From Andalucia godoyi And28 (Eukaryota > Protista > Jakobida), in the NCBI GenBank assembly GCA_009859145.1, contig VRVR01000045.1, positions 31,033 to 95,032 on the forward strand: 64,000 bases of DNA. Direction: 5' to 3'. This document shows, one piece after another, positions 38,601 through 47,630 of this stretch (position 1 is the first letter of the stretch; each line of letters starts with the position of its first letter). Position numbers and translations under genes: made by a program. A model generated the notes under the pieces. That model did not search any database, was not told the DNA's origin, and saw nothing but the letters and a program-made list of their open reading frames with translations.

Positions 38601-40708
38601 GGCACTCCGACTCTGGCTCCTCAGACGACGTGGAGACTCCCCAGTATTTCGAAACCTCTGCGACACTCATTTCGTTTCTGCTTCTGGGAAAGTTCCTCGA
38701 AAGCGTCGCAAAGTGCAAGTCGTCGGCTGCAATGGTTCGGCTGCTCGATCTCAAACCGTCCACCGCCCTTCTTCTGGAAGGCTACACGGACACCTTAGAC
38801 ACGAACGAGAGCGATGGCGACAGGAGTGCGTCGTATGTGGCGGAAAAGGTCGTAGCGACAGAGCTTCTGGAGCCCGGTGATGTGCTGCGGGTGCGCCCGG
38901 GTGACAAGGTTCCGTGCGACGGGGATGTGCTCTCTGGCTGTGGGACAGCCGACGAGGCGATGTTGACGGGCGAGTCGGTCCCCGTAGCCAAGCAAGCTGG
39001 CAGCTCGGTGCTTGGTGGAACGGTACTGCGTGACGGCGTGCTTGTCATCCGAGCCGAGCGCGTGGGTTCGGACTCGGTGTTGGCACAGATGGTCCGGCTG
39101 ATGGAGCAGGCGCAGGCACGAAAAGCTCCTGTGCAAGCGCTTGCGGATGCCATTTCAGCAGTGTTTGTACCGTTTGTCGTGGCGCTCGCGATCGCTGTCT
39201 TTGTGCTGTGGCTTGTTCTCGGGGCAACGAATGCCTATCCGCACGAATGGCTGCCGAGTGGCGTGACTCCTCCTGTCTTTGCACTGCTTGTGGCGATCAC
39301 GGTGCTGGTCATTGCGTGTCCGTGCGCGCTCGGTCTTGCGACTCCGACTGCCGTTCTCGTGGGAACGGGCGTTGGTGCTGAACTTGGCGTCCTCATCAAG
39401 GGCGGCGCTCCACTCGAGACGGCTGCCCGCACCCAGATCGTCGCATTCGACAAGACAGGCACACTCACTTGCGGACAGCTCGCCGTCGACAAGGTGCACT
39501 TTGAAGATGGAACGCAACCAAGGCTGCGCGTGCTCGTCATGGTAGAGGCGCTTGAGAGAATGTCGGAGCATGCGATTGCGAGAGCGCTTGTCGCGTATGC
39601 GAGAACCGAGTGTAAGGAACACTGGGACGAAGCCACCCGGTTTGGCATTGCGCCGCGCGACGTGCAGACGCATCCAGGGCTCGGCATCGCGGGCGTGTTT
39701 TCACAGTCCTCTCTGACCCTCTTGGACGCCAAGAAGGTCAGTGCTGCGGCGATGGATGCAGGCGAGGGTGCTGGAGAGACTTCGGTGGTGATTGGGACAC
39801 ATCGGTTTATTGCGGAAGTGCATGGGATCGTGATGCCTTCGTGGGCCGTGTCGCGGTCTGCAGACTATGCGTCGGCGGGGTTGTCGCTGGTGTTTGTAGC
39901 AGTGAACGGAACAGTGACTGCGGTCTTTGGGCTTGGCGACACGATTCGTCCCGAGGCAGCAAGCACAGTGTCGTATCTGCAGCGCAGTCTTGGGCTTCGC
40001 GTGTACATGATCTCGGGCGACAACCCGCTTGCTGCGCGACGAGTTGCGCAGCAGGTAGGGATCCCACTTGACCGAGTTGTGGCGGGTGTGCTCCCGGCTG
40101 GCAAGATCGATGCGATCCGTTCGCTGCAGTGCTTTGGGTCGGTGCCGCAGAGCGCTGGGCACGATGCAGTGGTTGCGCGAGTCGAGGCGACCAACGCAGC
40201 GCGGATTGCACGCGGCAAGCGGCCGGAAGTGTTCACCGTTGCGATGATTGGCGACGGGGTGAACGATGCGCCGGCAATGTTGCAGGCCGATGTTGGAATT
40301 GCAGTGGGAGCTGGAACGGACGTCGCTCTCGAGTCCGCGGGCATCGTGCTGATGAAGGACTATTTGTGGGACGTCGTCGTCGCTCTTGATCTCTCACGCA
40401 CCGTGTTTCGCCGAATCAGACTGAACTACGGATGGGCGCTCGGATACAACATCATCGCAATCCCCATTGCGGCCGGCGCACTGTTCCCTGTCACTCACTG
40501 GCTGCTGCCCCCGGTCGTTGCAGGCGCGGCAATGGTCTTCTCCTCTGTCTCGGTGCTTCTCTCCTCGCTGCATCTCAAGAAGTACCAGCGCCCGCCGTCG
40601 AGGTTCAATCTTGGAACCAATGACGATTCGGACCATGAAGGCAACACCGATCGCGATGTTGCTGCATTCTCTGAAGATGAGCGCGAGCAGCTTGTCGAAC
40701 AAGCGTAA
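35603..40708 (+). CDS. P1B-1 type copper-transporting P-type ATPase with multiple N-terminal HMA domains
   Basis: HMA motifs GLECVENC, GMRCQHGC, GMKCQRGC, GMTCTSC, NVTCAKC; TMDVLVSLGT, TGES, ACPCALGLATP, DKTGTLT, MISGDN, GDGVNDAP; Cu(I)-type YN (ALGYNII) and MxxSS (MVFSS). Confidence 0.95.
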   Translation: MDEVPEQHFLIGGLECVENCVRRICDAVRLLPGCHDCHVASFSDGLMVVKGAVDTLAIFEAVCALGYTIDVARAADAAAAAVCVVVCVVDADADVEMEVDRRLVSAIGHFEDVARVKVSRFVLDSCPRAAIVCSLRRPSAFASAITSIIDTASGLGLSPQTPASRQYDLLLLDHPESTTVDTILAFLTRLPGVLSVSCLPSPPNPSLANPNPGHSRSREGAVRVLRVTCHLADPQALTSRAASAPLHSLLVPRDHNPNHPNHRNPNLNSTPLFKIGASPSSAAAKSATDQPPLVLLGFVVDGMRCQHGCADYLADLVASRASEFGAGITAVKCTKATRMLVVAVNMTGAGSGSGSGIASHQLASMREKIAALAATEYDRCDAVDSISRLVFTGLRGMKCQRGCADALARTVLTTVDRVLDASCSFEDAVLTVDLAVPRGNEAAVERSAATAIHQLVLSEEYSCDSSTGDDDGAGVLMDRFPWFGYLPIARPSSSSLVLPIESPDGGANEDGWKFPATGHHASASTEMDRKNVEEEAELVVRREVEVDKETAARKERVSTSVYKVTGMTCTSCANAISKNVRSKAGVVSVEVSVMTDRATVVHDPRQTSAKAIEAVISKIGYGCSLLSSTHQADDADDTGELNKKHGAGAAGGEEVVQYAFAVANVTCAKCIDKISAAVHALDPVHVASVTLDPLDPIDSRHRNGSSGGEEEGDGGRDANPGTDDDAVVGGSGGSGGSGGSDDDDDDDDADEPSSSLSFATAVQSWLSRMLPFSRGGHRIRSTRFSAGAGSGTRPATQRMKMTVTLSDARFIRLTSPSTASTSASFLSPSTNAVVSRFTNDAEGEGEGKQNQQPRKKLGPRTIVAMLAALGYPSSYLVTDANAALKESLLRKEEIALWRRRLCISLVFTVPLLLLNMFFMLFAPSSTSMTAMLWVGIVSWILATPVQFYSGHVFHRNALKAIRSGSATMDVLVSLGTFAAYLFSVAALLLTISMTSSSADGHSDSGSSDDVETPQYFETSATLISFLLLGKFLESVAKCKSSAAMVRLLDLKPSTALLLEGYTDTLDTNESDGDRSASYVAEKVVATELLEPGDVLRVRPGDKVPCDGDVLSGCGTADEAMLTGESVPVAKQAGSSVLGGTVLRDGVLVIRAERVGSDSVLAQMVRLMEQAQARKAPVQALADAISAVFVPFVVALAIAVFVLWLVLGATNAYPHEWLPSGVTPPVFALLVAITVLVIACPCALGLATPTAVLVGTGVGAELGVLIKGGAPLETAARTQIVAFDKTGTLTCGQLAVDKVHFEDGTQPRLRVLVMVEALERMSEHAIARALVAYARTECKEHWDEATRFGIAPRDVQTHPGLGIAGVFSQSSLTLLDAKKVSAAAMDAGEGAGETSVVIGTHRFIAEVHGIVMPSWAVSRSADYASAGLSLVFVAVNGTVTAVFGLGDTIRPEAASTVSYLQRSLGLRVYMISGDNPLAARRVAQQVGIPLDRVVAGVLPAGKIDAIRSLQCFGSVPQSAGHDAVVARVEATNAARIARGKRPEVFTVAMIGDGVNDAPAMLQADVGIAVGAGTDVALESAGIVLMKDYLWDVVVALDLSRTVFRRIRLNYGWALGYNIIAIPIAAGALFPVTHWLLPPVVAGAAMVFSSVSVLLSSLHLKKYQRPPSRFNLGTNDDSDHEGNTDRDVAAFSEDEREQLVEQA

Positions 40709-40885
40709 GTCCACACCCCGCCCATCCGTTTCAGTTCTTCGCAGTGCGCGCGTCGTGTAGCGTAGCGTTGTCGATGGATTACTTGATGTTGCTGTTGTTG
40801 CTCTTTCTTTTTCTTTTTCTTTTTTGCGGATAGAATGATAAATAGACAGAATGTTGAGCTTTGAGATCATTACTTGAATGTGTTG

Positions 40886-43402
40886 CTATTCCTCCTCGTC
40901 GTCCGAGTCCACGTCCATTGCATCTTCGTCGTCGTCCAGCACGTTGCTCTGGTCGTCGTCGCTGTCGCTTTCGTCGTCTTGCACCATGGCGTCATCGTCG
41001 TCGTCGTCGTCGTCTGGATGTTGCATGCGGCCCGCTAAGAAGCTCGATACATTTCCGGCCGGCGACTGCGAAGAGGAAGAGGAGTTGCTCTTGGAGGTGG
41101 AGGTGGACACGGAAGCGTTCTTGGTGGTGTCTGGGCGGCTCGCAAGAGCCGTGCGCTTCTGATTCCGGATCTCTGCAAGCAATATCCGGGCATCGGCAAC
41201 AAACGACCCGCCGCAATCCGACAGGCGCAGTGCACACTCTTCGGCCCATCCGAGCTCCTCCAGCCGCAAGTCGACCGTCGATGGAGACGACCCAGAAACC
41301 GCTGGTGTTGCGTAAAACGACGCAAGGAACCGGAATGCACTCGCGATATCCTGGCCTTCGCAGACGGAACTCAGAGTCTCGACATCCGGTATGCTGCGAG
41401 CTCGTTTCGCTGCCCATGCATCTGCAGTCCACTCGTCTTCACTCACACCCCGATCCTCGGGACGCAGTGGCGGCGGTCGCTGTGAATGTGGTTGTTGGTC
41501 GTGGCTTGTTTCTGTGGCGATCGCGTGGCACCGCGCAAGCCATTCCCAGTATGTCCCGGCCGCAAGCTCTCGTTTGCCAAGTCGTTCATAGACTGCACCG
41601 AGCCTGACGAGTGCCGAGACCTCGATCTGCCCTGTCATGACCACGACGCTCTTTTCACCACCACTACCTGCCGCAGAAAGTACGCCGTCCACTGAAGGCT
41701 TGTGGTTCACCGCCGGGCCTCCGACGAGGAACAGTGGCATCGCAGCGCGGGGCTTTGCAGCCCGGTGGAAGCACCGTGCCGCATCCACCCAGTTTTCGAG
41801 CTTGGAGAGCGCAAAGCCAAGAGCAGCCCAGATGCGGCCGTCGTAAGGGCGCAGCTGGGCGGCGCTTGAGTAGTACCACGTCGCGAGCTCCCAGCGCTGC
41901 AGCAGCTCGTAGGTCTGTCCGAGCCCGTACCACGCGCGGAAGTCTGCAGGGACGACATCAATGGCCCTGCGGTACGCAACGACTGCCGCAGACGTGTTCT
42001 TCAGCTCGACGCACTCGTGGCCCAGCAGCGTCCATGCCGCGACGCACCGGCCGTCCATTTGCACTGCCCGCTTGAAGTACTGCGCCGCGAGCTCGTGTCG
42101 GCCGCGCAGAGAGTAGTAGTTCCCAACCACGAGCGCAGAGATTGTGTGGAACCGATCGACGGCGCTTACCGCCTGTGCAAGCTCTGCAAGCGCCGTCCGG
42201 TCGTTCTGCACATACAGGATGTTCGAAAGCGTGTCGAGCGAGTCCAGGCGGAACGGCGCGATCTGCCGTGCCCGCTCCAGCAGTTCACGCGCCTCCTCAA
42301 ACCGCCGCACCGCATAATATGCATATGCATCCAGCGTCAGCAGCAGCGGACAACCGTCGTGCATGCCTGGAGGAATCACGTGCGTTTTCAAGTACTGTGC
42401 TGCATCCTGCATGCGGTCAGGACGCGCTTGCGACTCGTGCTGGCAGTACACATCAAACATGCTCCACACCGACCACAGCAGGCGCCGCCCTCGCTCCGCT
42501 CTGCTATTACCGTTACTATTGCTACTACTACCATTGCTGCTGTTGCTGTTGCTGTTGCTGTTGGCACCGCTCGTGGTGGAGAAGAGGTGAGGATAGAGTG
42601 TACGGAACCGAGTGGACGCGACGCGCTGGTCCTCGTGTGCCGCAGACGCAAAGAGCGGGTTGTCCATGACCGACTGTGCAAGACCTGTCCACGCGCTCCA
42701 CAGCAGCGGGACCTGCACCACGGCCTTTGCAAACGACTCGAATGCCTCTTCCCACCGCGCCATGCTCAGCAAGCATGCGCCGCGCAAGTACTCGAGAAAC
42801 GGGTCGTAACGGCACCCGCAGTCGTCGGAATCGAAGTCGGAATCAGAGTTGGAGTTAGAGTTGGAGTTGGAGTAGGACTCGGCGAGGGCAGTCCAGCAGC
42901 GGAGTTCATCGAGAATAAGCGGGACAGATGCACTCGCAACGGCCGAATGCGCAGGCGCATCCGACACCGCAAGCACATCCTGCTCTCGGATGCCTTCTGC
43001 ATGCAAAAATCGCGCAAACAGCCGTAGAAAGACGCACGGGAACGAAATTTCCATCTTTGGAACAGTTGACGTGGATGACGTCGGGGCCATCGGCAGCGGC
43101 AGCGCGGCGTCCAGGAACGACAGCGTGTGGGCCGCCGAGAGGTACTCGCCGCGGTCAAAGTACGCCTTGGCACACAGGAACGCGTCCGTGTCGCCCGGTT
43201 GTATCACTTGATACCAGGGCTGCCCAGGCCTTGCAGCTGGTGACGCTGAGTGGCTGGTAGCATCAAGTGATGGAAGCGAGGACAGCAGATCGGCACAGAA
43301 CCGCGCGGAAACCGCCAGTCCGCGCGTCGAAAACGAAATCAAAGAGTGCCGGAGATTCAGCCTCCATTCTGCGACAGAAAGCGCAGCAAACGAATGACGC
43401 AT
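40886..43402 (-). CDS. CDC23: Anaphase-promoting complex subunit 8 (Cdc23), TPR protein
   Basis: AKAYFDRGEY, DPFLEYLRG, WSAW, PFRLDSLDTLSNILYV, VGNYYSLRGRHELAAQYFKRA, AWTLLGHECVELKNTSAAVVAYRRA, DFRAWYGLGQTYELL. Confidence 0.95.
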   Translation of the reverse strand: MRHSFAALSVAEWRLNLRHSLISFSTRGLAVSARFCADLLSSLPSLDATSHSASPAARPGQPWYQVIQPGDTDAFLCAKAYFDRGEYLSAAHTLSFLDAALPLPMAPTSSTSTVPKMEISFPCVFLRLFARFLHAEGIREQDVLAVSDAPAHSAVASASVPLILDELRCWTALAESYSNSNSNSNSDSDFDSDDCGCRYDPFLEYLRGACLLSMARWEEAFESFAKAVVQVPLLWSAWTGLAQSVMDNPLFASAAHEDQRVASTRFRTLYPHLFSTTSGANSNSNSNSSNGSSSNSNGNSRAERGRRLLWSVWSMFDVYCQHESQARPDRMQDAAQYLKTHVIPPGMHDGCPLLLTLDAYAYYAVRRFEEARELLERARQIAPFRLDSLDTLSNILYVQNDRTALAELAQAVSAVDRFHTISALVVGNYYSLRGRHELAAQYFKRAVQMDGRCVAAWTLLGHECVELKNTSAAVVAYRRAIDVVPADFRAWYGLGQTYELLQRWELATWYYSSAAQLRPYDGRIWAALGFALSKLENWVDAARCFHRAAKPRAAMPLFLVGGPAVNHKPSVDGVLSAAGSGGEKSVVVMTGQIEVSALVRLGAVYERLGKRELAAGTYWEWLARCHAIATETSHDQQPHSQRPPPLRPEDRGVSEDEWTADAWAAKRARSIPDVETLSSVCEGQDIASAFRFLASFYATPAVSGSSPSTVDLRLEELGWAEECALRLSDCGGSFVADARILLAEIRNQKRTALASRPDTTKNASVSTSTSKSNSSSSSQSPAGNVSSFLAGRMQHPDDDDDDDDAMVQDDESDSDDDQSNVLDDDEDAMDVDSDDEEE

Positions 43403-43800
43403 TATAATCTGACTGTTCTTTTCTTTTCTTTCTTTTTTTCTTTTTCAGCTGCGTAGTTTGATTTTCAACAATCGAATTAAAAAAGAGAAACAGGGAATTT
43501 GCAAATATTCGGGGAAAGGCAGAGAGAGATCGACAGCATCAAATTTGTAGCATCAATGCACGAAGAGCGGGGGGTCGGAATATGTCCGAGCAGGAGAACG
43601 GTGAATGAACCATCAAACTGCCCGACAGCGACAGGCGGATGTTCATTGATCGCTTTCTTTTTCTTTTTCTTTTTCTTTTTTCTTTTTTCCCCCCCTTCTT
43701 CTCGTGCATGAACAAAGGGAAAGGTGAAAAAGGTGGGAAAGTGGGACAGCGGACGTTTTGGGTTTTTTTTGGAGTCTTGCATTGGAGTTTTGGAGGTTGG

Positions 43801-44598
43801 ATGAGTCATGTTGCGCTGGATTCACCTGTCGTAAAGAAGAAGGGTAATGCGTTGACACACGTCGACTCGCCTCGCCGATCGGCTGTGGAGGCATTGGCGA
43901 GCCTTCCTTTTCGAGAATCGCCCGATGCGCTTGATGGGTGGGATTTGCCCGCCGACGATTTCCTTCCCGCCAGCCCGCATCCCGTGCAGCAACGACAACC
44001 GCCACAAAGTCCCAAAGATGCCGCGATGCCTGATCCAAGCACGCTATACACGACGGCAGCAGTAGCAACAACAACAACAGCAACAACAGCAACAACAGCA
44101 ACAACAACAACAGTGGCGAGAAGGGGGAGGAAAAAAAAGAAGAAATCCAGCACGACGGCTGCTGCTACGTCTACTCGCTCTTCGTCTGGGTCTGGATACG
44201 GATCCATGTTTTCGTCAATTGAGCTGGAAAAGAAGAGAAGGAAAGAAGAGTACGTCAAGAATGTATCGGCGCAACTTCGCAACGAAGATGCAAGCAATCG
44301 GCTCTCAGCGTACATTGAAAAGCGGAAAAGGGCTCTTGAAATGCGGTTCGCGAAAACCGCGGCAGTCCAGCTTTCTTCGCGCGGCCCGACCCTCACGATC
44401 TCTGTGCCACCACTGCAGTCGAGGCCTCCGCCGCAGTCGACGGCGGTAACAGTGCCGAGGCCACCTGTTCGAAGACCGCACAATCCAACGCCAGCCAAGG
44501 AGCGCCCGGTTGTATCGATGCCAGTGTTTGGGCGACCCGTTGAAAAGAAGAAGGCCGAAGTGACGCGCGTCATCAAGGTCTCTCTCCGTTCAAGCTGA
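43801..44598 (+). CDS. Hypothetical low-complexity basic protein (possible NLS RRGRKKKKK)
   Basis: ATG at 43801 after a T-rich leader; 265-aa open frame with a Thr/Ala tract and a short charged helix. Confidence 0.6.
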   Translation: MSHVALDSPVVKKKGNALTHVDSPRRSAVEALASLPFRESPDALDGWDLPADDFLPASPHPVQQRQPPQSPKDAAMPDPSTLYTTAAVATTTTATTATTATTTTVARRGRKKKKKSSTTAAATSTRSSSGSGYGSMFSSIELEKKRRKEEYVKNVSAQLRNEDASNRLSAYIEKRKRALEMRFAKTAAVQLSSRGPTLTISVPPLQSRPPPQSTAVTVPRPPVRRPHNPTPAKERPVVSMPVFGRPVEKKKAEVTRVIKVSLRSS

Positions 44599-44678
44599 GC
44601 ATTCGCAAGTGTTTTTTCGTTTTTTTTTTAAATTAATACTACGCTGTTCGATTTCAACTAGACTATTCCCGGCACGTT

Positions 44679-45242
44679 TTACTTCTTCTGAAGGGCAGAC
44701 TGGATTTGTGCGGCCAGGATTTCGGGCGCGGATTTTTCGAATTCTGCAGGCGAGTTCTCGACGTTGAGTGCCTTGACGGTGCCATTGTCGACGAACATCG
44801 AGTATCGTTTGGACCGGATGCCAAGGCCGGCTGCGGTAAGATCCACGTCCAGGCCCACCGCCTTTGTAAACACCGCGCTGGGGTCCGCCAGAAACACAAT
44901 CCCCTCAGCGCCGTCCAGCGACTTCTTCCAAGCTTCGACTGTAAACGGATCGTTCACCGCCACACAGCAGATGACGTCCGCACCCGCCTTCTTGAGCTCC
45001 GACTGGTGCGAGATGTACGCAGGAACATGCTTGGAATGGCAAACGGGCGTAAACGCTCCCGGAACCGAAAACAACGCCACACGCTTCCCTCCAAAAAAGT
45101 CAGCCGCTCCAACAGTCGTACCCGTAATCGTGGGCTCGCCACGTGCATAGAACACTACAGTCGACGGGCTCTTTCGAAGCGCCTGCGTCACAGACTCTGC
45201 CGTCGCCGAAAACATTCTTCGAAACACCGTCATTGTCGCCAT
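44679..45242 (-). CDS. PRDX5: Type II (Prx5-like) peroxiredoxin, probably mitochondrial
   Basis: Arg-containing leader MATMTVFRRMFS; GKRVALFSVPGAFTPVCHSKHVP, CVAVNDPF, FLADPSAVFTKAVG, GIRSKRYSMFVDNG. Confidence 0.93.
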   Translation of the reverse strand: MATMTVFRRMFSATAESVTQALRKSPSTVVFYARGEPTITGTTVGAADFFGGKRVALFSVPGAFTPVCHSKHVPAYISHQSELKKAGADVICCVAVNDPFTVEAWKKSLDGAEGIVFLADPSAVFTKAVGLDVDLTAAGLGIRSKRYSMFVDNGTVKALNVENSPAEFEKSAPEILAAQIQSALQKK

Positions 45243-45582
45243 CTTCTTCTTCTTCTTCTTTTTCTATTGCTTTTCCTCTTTCCTTTTACTTTTCCGCTTA
45301 CTTATGCAAGTATGGAGATGTACAAAACGGGAATCAAATGCAGACGCATTTTTTGGCCAGCGAGCAATTTGGTTGTGGATGCGGAGCACTGTGGGGGGCA
45401 GCAGCAAGTCGTTCGAGTTGATGCATTGATGCTACCAATTTTTTTTTTTAAGGTCGCCTTCGCTTCGTGGAGGGTTTTATGCTGCTGTATGTGCACACAG
45501 TGAGACCTTGGCCATTCTGTTCTTTTTTGAGTTTGTGAAAGAACCAACCAACCAGCAGTCGTAACGGGATTGCGGAGAGACG

Positions 45583-46692
45583 ATGGCTGGCGTGTCAGTG
45601 CTTGCGGGTGTGGTGCTTCTGAGCGTAAGTGTGGCGCTGTGTGGCGGCGCAGGGACGTTCTATCGTGCGTCGGATCTCAAGGATTTTGTGTACGACAGGC
45701 AGACTGGGTTCGTGTTTGGCACGGGATCGGCGGATTCGGGCGAATCGGGTCTGCTGTACCGGTACGAGGTGGCAAGTGGAAAGACGCTTGCGCCGGTGAA
45801 GCTGGGATCGATGCTCCGGGGGCTTGCGCTCTCGCGAGACGGAGAGACGCTGTATGTGTGTGACTTGGCGGCTATAGATACAGTGGCGGGGGTTGCGTGG
45901 GTGTGGACCGTGTCGGTGCGGGACGCGGTGTCGGGGGCGTTTGTAAGCGCGGGAAAGCTGTTGTATCCGAGTACAGCGGGAGTGCTGCCGGCCTATGGAT
46001 CGTTTGATGTGGCTGTGCTCAAGGATGAGTCGGTTGTCGTCACGACCGGCAACCAGTGGTCGACCCCGCAGGTGATTCAGCCGTCGACGGGAAAGACGTT
46101 TTCCATTGCTACAACTGTGATGGGGGGCCGCGTCGAGGCACTGGGCGACGGGTCAGCGGCACTGATTCTTAACACCGGCGTCTCCGGGGCGGATCTGTTC
46201 CTGTTTGAGCTGTCAGCGCCACAGACCGTCAGACGGCTGACGAGCATCAATGCGTTTGCATATGACATGCAGACAGAAGGGCCGTTTTCAAGTCGCATCT
46301 GCATCCCAACGTACCAGAGTGTCATGGTCTACGACATTGCTGGCACTCCTTCGCCGACGCCCAACCCGATTGTCCTCCCGGTGAACGGCGCGCTTGGCTG
46401 TGCGTTTGATCCGTGCGACAGCTCGATTCTGTACGTTGCGGCATCGCCGGCGTCGCAGGCTACGTCAGTGATCAGCACGTATGATCTCACGTCCGGCGCT
46501 GTGGTCTCCACGTCGGACATGAAGCAGTACTGGCTCTACTGGGAGTCCAACCAGCCATTCTCCGTTGGCTCTCTCAAGATGTTCTCGGACGGAAATGCCC
46601 TTGTTGTCAACGTCGGAAACTCTTCTTCCCCGGCTGTGCTTGGTTCGTCCGCTGGATTTGTTGCCCTTAAACGACAAATCACCCTTTCCTAG
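45583..46692 (+). CDS. Secreted hypothetical protein, probable beta-propeller
   Basis: Signal peptide MAGVSVLAGVVLLSVSVALCG; beta-rich blades such as RGLALSRDGETLYVCD and AFDPCDSSILYVA. Confidence 0.7.
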   Translation: MAGVSVLAGVVLLSVSVALCGGAGTFYRASDLKDFVYDRQTGFVFGTGSADSGESGLLYRYEVASGKTLAPVKLGSMLRGLALSRDGETLYVCDLAAIDTVAGVAWVWTVSVRDAVSGAFVSAGKLLYPSTAGVLPAYGSFDVAVLKDESVVVTTGNQWSTPQVIQPSTGKTFSIATTVMGGRVEALGDGSAALILNTGVSGADLFLFELSAPQTVRRLTSINAFAYDMQTEGPFSSRICIPTYQSVMVYDIAGTPSPTPNPIVLPVNGALGCAFDPCDSSILYVAASPASQATSVISTYDLTSGAVVSTSDMKQYWLYWESNQPFSVGSLKMFSDGNALVVNVGNSSSPAVLGSSAGFVALKRQITLS

Positions 46693-47212
46693 GCCACCGT
46701 CTTTTTCCGCCAATCCTCTTCTTTCTCCTTTTTCGGGCGTGCTGGCTTGCTTGCCTGCATGCTGATGTGGATGTATGCTGCTTCCGCGAGATTCGTTTTG
46801 TGGTTTGATTTTCATGGCTCGGATGTATTTTTCTCCTTGTATTGTAAGATGTTGTCGTTGTATGTTTATTGCTGTATTGTTAAGAATGAAAATGAAGAAG
46901 AGGAAGAAGAAAACCGCTAAGTCGAGAATGCTCGCGAACAGAATCGACGTTGTGCTCCGGGGTGTGTGACAAGGAGCGTGACAGTCGGGGAAAACGCCTT
47001 TCGGAGATTTTTCCCTTCCCTCCCATCCTCACATCAACAAATCCCACGGTCAGTTGAGGTCTTGAGGCGCGGTTTTCCGAAGACAGGCTCATGAGTCACA
47101 AGTTGAGCATCTCTGTGCATTCGTACCGATTTTGGAAATTCTGATTGGACTGATATTCTGGAGAGCGAAAACCCCGAAGAAAACAACAAAAACATAAAGA
47201 GTCAGAAAAAAA

Positions 47213-47542
47213 ATGTCTACGATGCAAGGCACGGCGGTACTGATGAACACGCAGAGAGGGCTTGCGGCCTCTACGACGGATGTTCCGGTGTCTTTTCTTC
47301 GCGAGACGCGGCAGCTTGTGACGGATATTACAGCCGCGCACATGTCTGCTTCTCAGCTTGCAGGCTACGGTGCGTTTTTCGCTGGTGTGGGCGTTGTGCT
47401 TGCAGGTACGGGCGTTCTTGCGTTTGGCGTGTCTGTGCTCTTGACCTCCATCAAGACCAACTTCTTTCCAGCCAAGGACCCTAGCCAAGCGACGCCTGAC
47501 ATGCAAGCAGCCGACTGTAGTGAGCATCCCTCAGTCGCATGA
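47213..47542 (+). CDS. Small single-pass membrane protein, function unknown
   Basis: ATG after an A-run; hydrophobic Gly-rich segment GYGAFFAGVGVVLAGTGVLAFGVSVLL. Confidence 0.6.
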   Translation: MSTMQGTAVLMNTQRGLAASTTDVPVSFLRETRQLVTDITAAHMSASQLAGYGAFFAGVGVVLAGTGVLAFGVSVLLTSIKTNFFPAKDPSQATPDMQAADCSEHPSVA

Positions 47543-47630
47543 CCGTACGACGGGTGCAGGACAGAGACCACAGAGAGAGAGAAAGACAGACAGCGCGCTC
47601 GTGGGTCAGAGAGAGGAGAGGGATGGGGCG

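Noticed and set aside
43639-43800. N-terminal extensions from TTG/GTG/ATT starts in the ORF track (also Sec24, SMC2, F-box, USP, Bfr1-like)
   Set aside because: They translate T- or A-rich leader sequence; the first in-frame ATG matches the expected family N-terminus.
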